Notes: generated from the sequence alone by a model not told the origin. DNA of 64,000 bases from Alphaproteobacteria bacterium (GCA_965232515.1 CBDDPY010000002.1:1184001-1248000); one strand, 5' to 3'. Positions 9,361-19,832 are shown, numbered from the stretch's first letter. A program made the numbers and translations.

Positions 9361-11024
9361 GCCGCCGTCGGACCGCCGTCGACCACAACGTCGAGCAGGC
9401 TCGGCCCGCCGCTCGCGAACGCTTCCTCAAGCGCGGGTGCGATGTCGTTGGGATCGGCGACGCGCCGCGCGGTCATGCCGAGCGACTGCGCCAACGCCAC
9501 GAAGTCGATGGCCGGGTCGCGGAAGTTCATGCCGATGAAGCTGTCGTTGTCGTGGAAGGCGACGAGGCGCTCCTTCAGGATGCGGTAGCCGCCGTTGTTG
9601 GCGATCAGGTAGGTGATCGGCAACTTCATGTGCGCCGCCGACCAGAGCGCCTGGATGCTGTACATGGCGCTGCCGTCGCCGACGATGGCCAGCACCGGCC
9701 GGTCGGGCTGGGCAATCTGCACGCCGATGGCGCCGGGCAGCGCCCAGCCGATGCCGCCGCTCGCAAGCCCGAAGAACCCGTAGCGGTCACGGAACGGCAG
9801 AAAGCCGTGCAGCGCCCGCGAGGAGACGATGCCCTCGTCGACGACGATGGCGTTCTCGGGCAAGGCCTCGACCGCGCGCAGCATCAACAGGTCGGACGAA
9901 ATCGGCTGGGCCGTTGCCTGGCCCAGCGCCGCCTCGCGGGCACGGTCGCGCTTCGCCGACCAGTTACTATCCGCGAGGGCCTTTAGAGCCGCCGCCGCGG
10001 TCTCGGCGCGTGCCGGACCACCCTTGCTCTCGAGCAGCGGGTTCAAGGCCGCCAGCGTCTCGGCAAGGTCCGCGCGGACGGCGAGCTCGGTCGGATAGTT
10101 CTTGCCCATCTCCCAGTCGCGCAGGCCGATCTGCACGATCGGCATGCCGTCGGGCAGGGGCTCGACGTCGCTCCAGACCGACATGCGCAGCACGTCGGCG
10201 CCGAGGCAGACCAGCAGATCGTAAGGTGCCAGCGTGTCGCGGACCTGTTGCTGGTCGCGGGTCAGCGCGCCCATGAAGGCCGGATGCTCGGACGGGAAGT
10301 GGGCGCCGTAGGGCACGGTCTGCTGATAGACCGGCGCGCCCAGGATGTCGGCAAAGCGGGCGGCGGCTTCAAACGCGTCCGAGTTCACCATCTCATGGCC
10401 GCAGAGGATCACCGGCCGTTTCGCCGCCAACAGCCGGTCGGCGAGGCGATCGAGCAAATCATCGCCGGGCCGGGTCGCCGAATTCACCCGCGTCGCGTGG
10501 CCGAGCTCGATGCCGCCCTCGTCGTTCAGGATGTCGCCCGGCAGCGAGATGAACACCGGCCCGGTTGGTGGGCTGAGCGCGACGGTGGCGGCGCGGCGGA
10601 CGATGCGCGGCAGGTCCTCGAGCCGGGTCACCTCGACGGCCCACTTCACCAAGGGCTCGGCGATCGGCACGAGCGGATCGTAGAGCAGGGGCTCGGTCAG
10701 GCCGTGGCCCAACTCCTGCTGGCCGGCGGTGAGGATGATCGGCGAGCCCGAGAACTTGGCGTTGTAGAGCGAGCCCATGGCGTTGCCGAGGCCCGGCGCC
10801 ACGTGAACGTTGCAGGCGGCGAGCCGGCCCGAGGCGCGGGCGAAGCCGTCGGCCATGGCGACCACGATGGATTCCTGCAGGCCGAGCACGTAATCGAGGT
10901 CCGGATGCTCCTTGAGGGCGTGCATGATCGGCAGCTCGGTGGTGCCGGGATTGCCGAAGAGGTGCGTCACCCCCTCATCCTTCAACAGCGAAAGAAACGC
11001 CGACCGCCCGGTAATCCTGTTCAT
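9357..11024 (-). CDS. Thiamine pyrophosphate-dependent enzyme (benzoylformate decarboxylase-like)
   Basis: LFGNPGTTELP, GLQESIVVAMADG, GDGSAMY..ANNGGY TPP motif. Confidence 0.88.
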   Translation of the reverse strand: MNRITGRSAFLSLLKDEGVTHLFGNPGTTELPIMHALKEHPDLDYVLGLQESIVVAMADGFARASGRLAACNVHVAPGLGNAMGSLYNAKFSGSPIILTAGQQELGHGLTEPLLYDPLVPIAEPLVKWAVEVTRLEDLPRIVRRAATVALSPPTGPVFISLPGDILNDEGGIELGHATRVNSATRPGDDLLDRLADRLLAAKRPVILCGHEMVNSDAFEAAARFADILGAPVYQQTVPYGAHFPSEHPAFMGALTRDQQQVRDTLAPYDLLVCLGADVLRMSVWSDVEPLPDGMPIVQIGLRDWEMGKNYPTELAVRADLAETLAALNPLLESKGGPARAETAAAALKALADSNWSAKRDRAREAALGQATAQPISSDLLMLRAVEALPENAIVVDEGIVSSRALHGFLPFRDRYGFFGLASGGIGWALPGAIGVQIAQPDRPVLAIVGDGSAMYSIQALWSAAHMKLPITYLIANNGGYRILKERLVAFHDNDSFIGMNFRDPAIDFVALAQSLGMTARRVADPNDIAPALEEAFASGGPSLLDVVVDGGPTAA

Positions 11025-11172
11025 GCCGCACTCGCTCCCATTTCTGCGTCGTTCGATTGCGCCGAATCGTCGCACAGGCGGCTTGAGCTTGGCCAGCGGC
11101 AAGCGGCTTTAACCGTTCGGCAAGGCCGGCGGCCCAGACTGGCGGGTCCGTTCAAGCACCGGGGGTCCCCGC

Positions 11173-12243
11173 ATGGGCCAGGCCGTCTATTCCGCCCTGA
11201 AGCCGTTCGCCTATCCCGACCGGTTGGCCGCGCTCAGCCGCGACGACGGCTGGGCCGCGCCGGTGCATGTGCGGATCAAGCCGACCAACGTCTGCAACCA
11301 TGCCTGCTGGTTCTGCGCCTACCGCAATGACGGCGTCAGCCTGGGCAGCGGCATGACCGTGCGCGACAAGCTGCCGCGCGAGAAGATGCTGGAGATCGCC
11401 GACGACCTGATCGCCATGGGCGTCGAGGCCGTGACTTTCTCTGGCGGCGGCGAGCCGCTGATCTACCCGCATCTGGTCGAGGCCATCGAGCGCCTGGCCG
11501 CCGGCGGCATCAAGATCGGCGCGCTCACCAACGGCGCGCGGCTCAAGGGCAAGGTCGCGGACGCGCTGGCCGCGCATGCGAGCTGGCTCCGGGTGTCGAT
11601 CGACGGCTGGGACGGCGCCAGCTACGCCCGCTATCGCGGCGTCAAGGAAGACGCGTTCGAGGAGGTGATGGCGAACCTGACGGGCTTCGCCGATCGCGGC
11701 AGTGCGTGCGTGCTCGGCGCCAGCATCATCGTCGACCGGGACAATGCGTCGCACATCCATGAGCTCGCCGCCCGGCTCAAGGCCTGCGGCGTCAGCCATG
11801 CCAAGATCTCGCCCTGCATAACGTCGGACGACGGCGCCGAGACCAATGCCTACCACGCCGATATCTGGGACACGGTCCGGGCCGAGATCGAGAGAGCGCG
11901 GGCGCTCGACGACGACGGTTTCCGGGTGGTCGACCACTATCACGAGGCCGCCGTCGAGACGGCAAAGCCCTATGACCGCTGTCCGTTCGCACGGCTGCTA
12001 ACGGTGATCGGCGCGGACGCAAAGGTCTACTTTTGCCAGGACAAGGCCTATACCGAGAGTGGCTGCCTCGGCAGCATCGCCGACCGCCGTTTCGCCGACT
12101 TCTGGGCCGCGCCCGAGACGCGGGCGCGCCTCAACGCCCTCGACCCGTCGGCGACCTGCCGGCACCACTGCGTTGCCGACGCCAAGAACCGGCTGCTGTT
12201 GGATTACCTCTCCCTCGACCGGGAGCACATGGCGTTCGTCTAG
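11173..12243 (+). CDS. Radical SAM protein with C-terminal SPASM/twitch-type Cys region
   Basis: CNHACWFC (CxxxCxxC), FSGGGEP, C-terminal CPF..IGADAKVYFC..CRHHC. Confidence 0.88.
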   Translation: MGQAVYSALKPFAYPDRLAALSRDDGWAAPVHVRIKPTNVCNHACWFCAYRNDGVSLGSGMTVRDKLPREKMLEIADDLIAMGVEAVTFSGGGEPLIYPHLVEAIERLAAGGIKIGALTNGARLKGKVADALAAHASWLRVSIDGWDGASYARYRGVKEDAFEEVMANLTGFADRGSACVLGASIIVDRDNASHIHELAARLKACGVSHAKISPCITSDDGAETNAYHADIWDTVRAEIERARALDDDGFRVVDHYHEAAVETAKPYDRCPFARLLTVIGADAKVYFCQDKAYTESGCLGSIADRRFADFWAAPETRARLNALDPSATCRHHCVADAKNRLLLDYLSLDREHMAFV

Positions 12244-12333
12244 GGGGAGGGAGGGGGTCGCGCACGTGAGATCGCGGAACAACCCCATGCACAGGAACGT
12301 CAAGAAAAAAGAATCTCGAGAAATCAACTGATT

Positions 12334-12363
12334 ACGGCATTTCGATAAGTGTCGAAATGTCGT
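12334..12363. terminator. Hairpin between convergent genes (possible bidirectional terminator)
   Basis: ACGGCATTTCGA-TAAGTG-TCGAAATGTCGT inverted repeat. Confidence 0.5.
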
Positions 12364-12379
12364 CAGGCACAGAGTGATT

Positions 12380-12814
12380 TCAGTCGTCGATCAGACGGAT
12401 GTCGAAGGCGCCGTTGAGGGAGTTGCTGACGGTGCAGGCCGCCTTGGCCTTTGCCAACAGATCTCGGGCCGTGGCCGGATCGTCCGCGAAACCGGGATCG
12501 ACGCGGATCTCGTAATTCTCGACCCTGTTCGGCAGGTCGGCGGCCTTGCGGCCCGCGACGGTGACATCGACCGGGCCGATGGCCTGTTTGGCGCTCGTCG
12601 CGGCGATCTCGATCGAGCGGGCAATGCAGGCGCCGAGCGCGGCGAGGAGGATTTCGACGGGCGAGCCGGAGGGGGCGGCATCGGCCTCGCCGTAGCTGAG
12701 CGCGCCGGCGCCGTCGAGATGGATGTGGACCGGCCCGTAGGCCTTTGGTTTCGGGGTGATCTTGACCACGGCTTGTTCCTTTGCGAGAGCGGCCGGCCCG
12801 AGCTCAGAAGGCAC
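12380..12814 (-). CDS. OsmC/Ohr family protein
   Basis: SPVEILLAALGAC...AACTVSNSL two-Cys motif; start uncertain. Confidence 0.8.
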   Translation of the reverse strand: MPSELGPAALAKEQAVVKITPKPKAYGPVHIHLDGAGALSYGEADAAPSGSPVEILLAALGACIARSIEIAATSAKQAIGPVDVTVAGRKAADLPNRVENYEIRVDPGFADDPATARDLLAKAKAACTVSNSLNGAFDIRLIDD

Positions 12815-14093
12815 GGTCGGGCAGGAAAAGGGCGATATCGGGCGCGACGGTGAGAATGGCGACCGCCAGCAGCAGGATGGCCCAATAGGGAATTGTCGCG
12901 ACGGCGACGCGGCCGAGGCTGACGGCGTTATCGGTCAGCGCCGCCAGGACCGAGAGGTTGAGGCCGACCGGCGGTGTCACCTGGCCGATCTCGATCATGA
13001 TGGTGATGATGACGCCGATCCAGACCGGATCGAAGCCGAAGCCGACGAGCAGCGGGAAGACGATGGGCAGCGTCATGATCATCAGTGACAGGCCGTCGAA
13101 GATACAGCCGAGCAGCAGGTAGATCAGGATGATGAGCGCGAAGACGCCGTACTTGCCGAGGCCGCTCGCCTCGGTCGCCTCGAGGATCGCCTGGGGCACG
13201 CCGAGGATGCTGACCGATTGTGCGAGGATCGTCGCGCCGAGCACGACGAAGCCGATGGCCGTGAACAGCAGCGTCGACCGGTAGATGGCCGACACGAGCT
13301 TGCCGACGGTGAGATCGCCCCAGACGAAGGCGATGAGGATGGCGACACAGACGCCGACGCCGGCGGCCTCGGTGGGCGTCGCGAGGCCGAGCATGATGCT
13401 GCCCATGATCGCGAAGATGAGGATCAGGATCGGCCAGATGCGCAAGCTGCCGACAAGGATCTGCCGCAACGGGATGCGACGGTCGTCGCGGGGCGCGAGA
13501 TGCGGCGCGCGCAGGCAGAGCAGCAGGATGTAGAGCATGAACAGCAGGCTGACCATCAGCCCCGGCAGGATGCCGGCCATGAACAGGCGGCCGATCGAGG
13601 TTTCGGTGAGCGCGCCGAAGATCAAGAGCGACAGGCTGGGTGGGATGAGCAAGCCCAGCGTGCCGCCGCCCGCGAGGCTGCCGACCACGGCCTCCTTGTC
13701 GTAGCCGCGCTTCACCATCTCGGGATAGGCGACCGACCCGACGGCGGCGGCGGTCGACAGGCTCGAGCCGCTAACTGCGCCGAACAGCGTGCAGACCGCG
13801 ATGTTGGTGTGCAGCAGGCCGCCCGGGATGCGGGCGAAGACCGGCGTGAAGGCGGTATAGGCGCGCTCGCTGACGCCGCTGCGCAGGAGGATCTCGCCCA
13901 GCAGAATGAACATCGGAATGGCGCTGAGGGTGAAGTTGTTGAAGACGTTCCAGATCGCATCGATGGCGAGCGACGTGGCGCCGTCGACAAAGACGTGCAG
14001 GATGACCATACCGGTCAGCCCCAGCGCCACGCCCAGCGCGACCCCGGTGCCGGCGGCGATGATCAGCAGGCCCGCGAGCGTCGTCCAGAACAT
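12804..14093 (-). CDS. dctM: TRAP transporter large permease
   Basis: AIPMFILLGE, FGAVSGSS, GGTLGLLIPPS, TPPVGLNL. Confidence 0.92.
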   Translation of the reverse strand: MFWTTLAGLLIIAAGTGVALGVALGLTGMVILHVFVDGATSLAIDAIWNVFNNFTLSAIPMFILLGEILLRSGVSERAYTAFTPVFARIPGGLLHTNIAVCTLFGAVSGSSLSTAAAVGSVAYPEMVKRGYDKEAVVGSLAGGGTLGLLIPPSLSLLIFGALTETSIGRLFMAGILPGLMVSLLFMLYILLLCLRAPHLAPRDDRRIPLRQILVGSLRIWPILILIFAIMGSIMLGLATPTEAAGVGVCVAILIAFVWGDLTVGKLVSAIYRSTLLFTAIGFVVLGATILAQSVSILGVPQAILEATEASGLGKYGVFALIILIYLLLGCIFDGLSLMIMTLPIVFPLLVGFGFDPVWIGVIITIMIEIGQVTPPVGLNLSVLAALTDNAVSLGRVAVATIPYWAILLLAVAILTVAPDIALFLPDRAF

Positions 14094-14194
14094 GGGCGAT
14101 GGCTACCTGAGCTCTTGGGTGTCGCCAGGCGTCGGAGCCCGGCAGGAAATGACTTGAAGCATCACAACAGCCTAGAGGAAGGCGACCACCCGTC

Positions 14195-14278
14195 GTCATT
14201 GCCGGACTTGATCCGACAATCCAGGCGGCGTTTGCCTTCGCCGGGACGCTGGATCACCGGGTCAAGCCCGGCGATGAC
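14195..14278. repeat. Palindromic REP/RPE-like intergenic element
   Basis: GTCATTGCCGGACTTGATCCGACAATCCAG ... CTGGATCACCGGGTCAAGCCCGGCGATGAC inverted arms, a form common in Alphaproteobacteria. Confidence 0.75.
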
Positions 14279-14327
14279 AAGAGCGGCGCCGAGAACGTCT
14301 TGCCGCCACTGGATTCGAATTGGGCTC

Positions 14328-14849
14328 TCATGAGATTTGGTCGGCGGGCGCGGTCTTCGTTTCGGGCAGCAGTCTCAGTAGGCGCGCGGCATAGATCACG
14401 CCCGTCAGGATGACGGAGACCGGGAGCAGGGCCATCCAGGGGTAGAGCAGCAGGCGCGACGTCTCGGTCTGGAGGTTGAGGCGAATGGCGAATTCGAGCC
14501 AGGGCAGGGCTTCGATCGCGAGCCAGGCGCAGAACCCCACGCCCAGCAGCGCCGCCAGGCCGGCCAGCACCGCGCGTCCCCCGGGGCGAAGCGCGTTCTC
14601 GACGATGGTCACGCGCACATGGTCGGCCCGAAGCGTCACCATGGGCAGGGCCAGGAACAGCGATGCGCCCATGAGCAGCCCCACCAGTTCCTCGGTGAAG
14701 AAGAACGGCGCGTTCACCAGCTTGCGCATGACCACGCTGAGGACCACGAGGCCGACGATCGCGGTCATGGCGGTCGCCGCGAGGACGGCGAGGGCGAGGG
14801 CGGTCAGTTCCAGCCCCCGCCCGACCAGCCGGGTCAGCGTCGCGCGCAT
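14328..14849 (-). CDS. dctQ: TRAP transporter small permease
   Basis: 4-TM, VVMRKL..EELVGLL..HVRV pattern, located between dctP and dctM. Confidence 0.85.
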   Translation of the reverse strand: MRATLTRLVGRGLELTALALAVLAATAMTAIVGLVVLSVVMRKLVNAPFFFTEELVGLLMGASLFLALPMVTLRADHVRVTIVENALRPGGRAVLAGLAALLGVGFCAWLAIEALPWLEFAIRLNLQTETSRLLLYPWMALLPVSVILTGVIYAARLLRLLPETKTAPADQIS

Positions 14850-14867
14850 ACCGCGTCGCGGCTGACG

Positions 14868-15878
14868 TCAGCGCCCGAGCGCCTTCAAGACGCGTTGACG
14901 ATATTCGGGCGCGGCGCCGCCGGCCTCGTCGGCCATCTCCTTCCAGGTCACCGCGACCGCGTCCAGGAACGCCTTGCGGTCCTCGGTCGGAAAGTCGTCG
15001 AGCCATGTCACGCCCTGGCTGACGAGCTTCTCGCGCGCCGCCAGCTCGCGCTCGTGGTCATCCGAATACTCGTTCGTGCGCTGCCAGACTTTGTCGGCGG
15101 CCTGCGTGATCGCCGCCTTGTTCTCGTCGGACAGCGAGGCCCATTTCCTGGTCGAGACGCCGAGCACATAGGGACCGGCGGCCATGGGATAGAGGAACGA
15201 GCCGTATTTCGCGACTTCCTGCAGGGAGACGGTATGCGCGTAGAGAGCCGGATAGACGGCGCAATCGACCACGCCCGTCTTCATCGCGACATACATCTCC
15301 TCCTGCGGGATGATCTGCGCGGCGATGCCGAGACGCGTGAACGAGTCGACCTGATCCTTGGCCCAGACCCGCAGCTTTTTCGTCTTCAGCGCCGCGAGCG
15401 TGCGCACCGGCTCGTCGCGGCAGAAGATCGAGGCCTCGAGCATGGGAATGGCCATGTAGCCCGCGGCCACCACGTCCCACTTCGCGAACTCCTCCTCGTA
15501 GATCTGCTGGACGACGGGCAGCGCTTTCTCGAGCTCCTCGACCGTGCCGATCGAGCCCTGAACGAACACCGAGCTCAATGCCGGCGCGTCGCGGCCGACA
15601 TAGTTGGCCCAGACCAGGCTCATATCCACCGCGCCCTTGGGCAGGAACCGCAGCGCGTCGGGGTTCTTCAGACCGAGCGAGCCGCCGTTATAGACCTTGA
15701 CCGTGAATTCCCCGCCGGTCGCGGCCTTCACGTCCTCGGCGAACTGCATCAGTTCCTTGGTCTCGGGCCGCGTTTCGGGCAGCGGATTGTTGAACCGCCA
15801 TTCGAGCGCCGAGGCCGGCGAGGCCAGGAAAGCGCCGGCCGCTAGGCCCAGGACAAGACTGCGCATTTCGATTTTCAT
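14868..15878 (-). CDS. dctP: TRAP substrate-binding protein
   Basis: Signal peptide, [23 protein letters not shown]. Confidence 0.88.
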   Translation of the reverse strand: MKIEMRSLVLGLAAGAFLASPASALEWRFNNPLPETRPETKELMQFAEDVKAATGGEFTVKVYNGGSLGLKNPDALRFLPKGAVDMSLVWANYVGRDAPALSSVFVQGSIGTVEELEKALPVVQQIYEEEFAKWDVVAAGYMAIPMLEASIFCRDEPVRTLAALKTKKLRVWAKDQVDSFTRLGIAAQIIPQEEMYVAMKTGVVDCAVYPALYAHTVSLQEVAKYGSFLYPMAAGPYVLGVSTRKWASLSDENKAAITQAADKVWQRTNEYSDDHERELAAREKLVSQGVTWLDDFPTEDRKAFLDAVAVTWKEMADEAGGAAPEYRQRVLKALGR

Positions 15879-16101
15879 GTTTTTCTCCGCGTTTCTTCGT
15901 TGTGAACCCCGCCTCACGGCGAAACGGCTCAACCGTTTTTGCGTCCGTTGTTAGCTTTCGATCTTAGCGTGTCGGATCGTTCACGGGAAATCTGCGGGAG
16001 CTGTTGTGGTTTCGTCTGGGGACGACAGACAACGATCTGGCCAATTCTCCGTGGGATGATTAGGCTCGGGCGCCCGGCAGGTAGCCCAGTTGACTGTGCG
16101 T

Positions 16102-17133
16102 ATGACGGATTCATCACAGAACCAGGACGAGCGTCCGATCCCGGTGACCCTGATCACGGGGTTTCTGGGCAGCGGCAAGACGACGTTGCTGTCGCATCTG
16201 CTGGCACAGACGGCGGCCGTGCCGACGGCGGTGCTGGTTAACGAGTTCGGCGAGATCGGGCTGGATCACGATCTGATCCGCCGGGGCGACGATCAGCTGA
16301 TCGAGTTGAGCAACGGCTGCATCTGCTGCGCCATGCAGGAGGACCTGGTGGCGACGCTGGGCGATCTGATGGCGCGGCGCGGGCAGGGCGACATCGCGGC
16401 GTTCCGGCGCGTGGCCATGGAAACCAGCGGGCTCGCCGACCCGGCGCCGATCGTGCAGACCCTGCTGACCTATCCGTATCTCGCCGAGACATTCCGTCTG
16501 GACGCGGTCATCACGACCGTCGATGCGGTGAATGGCGGCGCGACATTGGACAAGCATCCCGAGGCGGTCAAGCAGGCGGCGCTTGCCGACCGTCTGATCC
16601 TGACCAAGACCGACCTTGTCGACGACGATGCGGCCGACGCGCTGACGGCGCGCCTGCAGCGGCTCAACGCCGGCGCGCGTCGTCTGACCGTCGTCAATGG
16701 GACGGTCGCGCCCGAAGCGCTGTTCGACATCGGCGTGCACGATCCTGATGTGGCCGGCGCGCGGGTGCAGGACTGGCTCGGCGAGACCGGGCAGCATGCG
16801 CACGACCACAGTGTCGATATCGAAACCTTCTGCGTCGTGCGCGACCGGCCCGTGGCGCCTGCGGCTTTCGCTGACTTCCTGCGCCGGCTAAGCGTCGAGT
16901 GCGGCCCCGACCTGCTGCGGGTCAAGGGACTGGTCAACGTGGCCGGCTATCCCAACCGGCCGGCGGTGATCCATGGCGTGCAGCAGGCCTTCCACCCACC
17001 GGTCTGGCTGGATCGGTGGCCGAGCGCCGACCGGCGCACGCGGATCGTCGCCATCACGCGGGGCGCGGTAAAGGACTGGATCACCGACGCGCTGGAGGCT
17101 GTCGACGGTCCCGGCGCGCAGGCGGCCCAGTAG
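16102..17133 (+). CDS. CobW/COG0523 G3E GTPase (metallochaperone)
   Basis: GFLGSGKTT, VNEFGE, GCICC, METSGLADP, His patch, LLRVKG. Confidence 0.92.
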   Translation: MTDSSQNQDERPIPVTLITGFLGSGKTTLLSHLLAQTAAVPTAVLVNEFGEIGLDHDLIRRGDDQLIELSNGCICCAMQEDLVATLGDLMARRGQGDIAAFRRVAMETSGLADPAPIVQTLLTYPYLAETFRLDAVITTVDAVNGGATLDKHPEAVKQAALADRLILTKTDLVDDDAADALTARLQRLNAGARRLTVVNGTVAPEALFDIGVHDPDVAGARVQDWLGETGQHAHDHSVDIETFCVVRDRPVAPAAFADFLRRLSVECGPDLLRVKGLVNVAGYPNRPAVIHGVQQAFHPPVWLDRWPSADRRTRIVAITRGAVKDWITDALEAVDGPGAQAAQ

Positions 17134-17136
17134 GCG

Positions 17137-18585
17137 ATGCGCATCCAACTCGAGCAACAGAGCGCGATCGTCGACCTGGCCGGCGGCGCCGAAATGAGCG
17201 CCGTCGCGCTCGAGGCGGCGGTGGCCACGCGAACGGCGCTGTTGCGCGCGCGCGGGCTCGGCCGGGGCGGGTACGCGGTGATCGCCCATGGCGGCACGCC
17301 GGCGTTTTTCGCCGATCTGCTGGCGGTCTGGCGGACCGGCGCCTGCGCGGCCTGCGTCAATCCGGGCCTCGCAGATGCGGAGCTCGCCAATGTTGTGCAC
17401 TTCCTGAAGCCCGCCGTGCTGCTGGTCGACGAGGCGTTCGCCGGGGACGGGCTCGACCTGCCGGTTCTGCGGGTCGGCGAACTGGCAGGCGCGACACCCG
17501 ACGACGACGCGGCGGATACGGCGCTGGACGACCCGGCGCTGATCCTGTTCACCTCGGGCACGACGGGCGCGCCGAAGGGGGTGGTGCACAGCTTCCGCTC
17601 GCTGCTGGCGCGGGTGGCGTTGAACCGGACGCATATCGGCGACGCGACGCTGCGAACGGCGCTGTGCGTGTTGCCGACGCATTTCGGCCATGGCCTGATC
17701 GGCAACTGCCTGACGCCGCTCTTGGCCGGCGGGCGGCTGCTGCTGTTCCAGAACATGGGGCTGCGCGAGATGGCGGGCCTGGGCGGGCTGATCGACGACC
17801 GCGGCGTGACGTTCATGAGCTCGGTACCGGCGTTCTGGAAGCTCGCCAGCAAGGCGGGCCGGCCGCCAGCGACGCGTACGCTCCGGCAAGTCAATATCGG
17901 CTCGGCGCCGCTGTCGGCGGAACTCTGGCGCACGGTGATGGACTGGTGCGGCACCGACCACGTGGTCAACATGTACGGCATCACCGAGACGGCGAACTGG
18001 GCGGCCGGCGCATCGGCGCGCGACGCCGCGCCCGAAGACGGTCTGGTCGGGACGATGTGGGGCGGCCGGGCCGCCGTGCTGGCGGACGACGGCGCGGTCT
18101 CGGCGGCGGGCGAGGGGGAGATCCTGCTGCAGACGCCGTCGCTGATGACGGGCTATCACCAGCGCCCGGATTTGAGCGGCGAGGTGCTGCGGGCCGGCTG
18201 GTTCCACACCGGCGATATCGGCGCGATCGACGACGGCGGCGTCATCCGCCTGTCGGGCCGGGCCAAGAGCGAGATCAACCGTGCCGGCATCAAGGTGCAC
18301 CCCGAGGAGGTCGACCTGCTGCTGGAACGGCATCCTGATGTGGCCGAGGCCTGCACGTTTGGCGTGCCCGACGCGATCAGCGGCGAGATCGTCGGCGCCG
18401 CGGTTTGCTTGGCGGGCGATGCCGCCGTCACGCCGGCCGACCTGCGGGCCTGGTGCCTGGAGCGCATGCGGCGCGAAGGCGTGCCGGAAAAGTGGTATGT
18501 GGTGGACCGGATTCCGAAGACCGACCGCGGCAAGATCAACCGCGAGGCGGTCCGGGCTTACGCGGAAGGTTTGAGTAAGACGTGA
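17137..18585 (+). CDS. Adenylate-forming acyl-CoA/acyl-ACP ligase
   Basis: [30 protein letters not shown]. Confidence 0.88.
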   Translation: MRIQLEQQSAIVDLAGGAEMSAVALEAAVATRTALLRARGLGRGGYAVIAHGGTPAFFADLLAVWRTGACAACVNPGLADAELANVVHFLKPAVLLVDEAFAGDGLDLPVLRVGELAGATPDDDAADTALDDPALILFTSGTTGAPKGVVHSFRSLLARVALNRTHIGDATLRTALCVLPTHFGHGLIGNCLTPLLAGGRLLLFQNMGLREMAGLGGLIDDRGVTFMSSVPAFWKLASKAGRPPATRTLRQVNIGSAPLSAELWRTVMDWCGTDHVVNMYGITETANWAAGASARDAAPEDGLVGTMWGGRAAVLADDGAVSAAGEGEILLQTPSLMTGYHQRPDLSGEVLRAGWFHTGDIGAIDDGGVIRLSGRAKSEINRAGIKVHPEEVDLLLERHPDVAEACTFGVPDAISGEIVGAAVCLAGDAAVTPADLRAWCLERMRREGVPEKWYVVDRIPKTDRGKINREAVRAYAEGLSKT

Positions 18586-19160
18586 TGGACTGGCAGCCGG
18601 GCGAGCCGCTGACGCTTCCGACGCCGCGCTTCACCGTGCGGACGACGACGATCTACGACGTGACCGAGAGCATGGTCGCCTGGATGGCCGATCCCGAGGT
18701 GATGATCACGCTGAACTCGACCGGGCGCGAGATCACGCTTGCGCAGATGAAACGGCAGGTGAAGCAGTACGACAACCGGCGCAATTTTCATCTGAGCGTG
18801 TTCGACAAGCGCGACGACACCGCCATCGGCTTCTACACGGTGAACTGCAAGCCGTGGCACCGCACCGCCGAGACCGCGGTGGTGATCGGCAACCGCGATT
18901 ACTGGGGCCAGAACGTGGTCATCGAGACGCGGTCGGCGATCCTGGATTTCCTGTTCGACGTGATGGACCTGCACAAGGTGACCGGCCTGCCGTTCGCCCG
19001 CAACTTTCCGTCCGTCTTCAACTACAAGGCGCTCGGCTTCCGCTGCGAGGGCGTGTTCCGCGAGCATCTGCGCAGTGTCGAGGGCGGCCGGCTGGACCAG
19101 TGCCTGTTCGGTCTGCTGCGCGACGAGTGGCATGCGCACCGGGAGACCCTGCAGCGATGA
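18582..19160 (+). CDS. GNAT N-acyltransferase (RimJ/RimL-like)
   Basis: IGNRDYWGQ, NFPSVFNYKALGFRCEGVFREH; overlaps the ligase stop codon. Confidence 0.82.
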   Translation: MMDWQPGEPLTLPTPRFTVRTTTIYDVTESMVAWMADPEVMITLNSTGREITLAQMKRQVKQYDNRRNFHLSVFDKRDDTAIGFYTVNCKPWHRTAETAVVIGNRDYWGQNVVIETRSAILDFLFDVMDLHKVTGLPFARNFPSVFNYKALGFRCEGVFREHLRSVEGGRLDQCLFGLLRDEWHAHRETLQR

Positions 19161-19405
19161 CCGACCAGCACGCCGGCAACGGCTACGAGCGGGCCCGGAC
19201 GATCCTGGCCGAAGCGCTGAACCTGGAGACCGCGGCCATCGACGCCGAGGCCTCGATCATGACGCTCGAGGCCTGGGACAGCCTGGCGCATATGCGCCTG
19301 ATCGCCGCGGTCGAGGACGACCTGGCGGTGCAGCTGGAACCGGACGCCATCGTCTCGATCGCGAGCCTGGCCGACGTCGTCAAGATCATCGAGGATCACG
19401 GCTGA
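19157..19405 (+). CDS. Acyl carrier protein
   Basis: 82 aa acidic protein with WDSLAHMRLI phosphopantetheine Ser motif; ATGA overlap with the GNAT gene. Confidence 0.85.
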   Translation: MTDQHAGNGYERARTILAEALNLETAAIDAEASIMTLEAWDSLAHMRLIAAVEDDLAVQLEPDAIVSIASLADVVKIIEDHG

Positions 19406-19451
19406 CGGCGCGCGGCATGTCATTGCGGCCGTCCAATGCCTTGGCGGCGCC

Positions 19452-19727
19452 TGTCGGTGATCTTTACACTTCGCCCGCCGACGCCGTCCGCCAGACTAAT
19501 TTTGGCCGGCGGCGTTCCAGGCTTTTGAAAACAGTGGCTTATTAACGTTTGCTGTTGGTTTGCAGCAGGCGAGACGGCCACGAATTCGCTTCGTTTTGCG
19601 GTCGTTCGGCGTGGAATTCTGTCGGGATTTTTTACAAGGCGCCGAGCGACGTAAAGCGACGCCAACCGCACCTGCGCCGTAACCTGTTGATTTAATTGGC
19701 TAACATCAATCCGGTACAGTTCTTGCT
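19452..19727 (+). promoter_or_regulatory. Sigma54 promoter module copy 1: two TGT-N11-ACA enhancer-like boxes, IHF site, -24/-12
   Basis: TGTCGGTGATCTTTACA 19452-19468; TGTCGGGATTTTTTACA 19620-19636; TAACCTGTTGATT 19680-19692 (YAA-N4-TTGATW); GG 19713-14 N10 GC 19725-26. Confidence 0.8.
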
Positions 19728-19832
19728 GAATGGACGGCAGCTTGGTTAACGGCGTCCCGGCAGGGACGACATGGATTCGATTTGGCGTCGTGGGGAGTCG
19801 CGTTGCCAGGGGAATTGGGGAGTAGTTCGACC

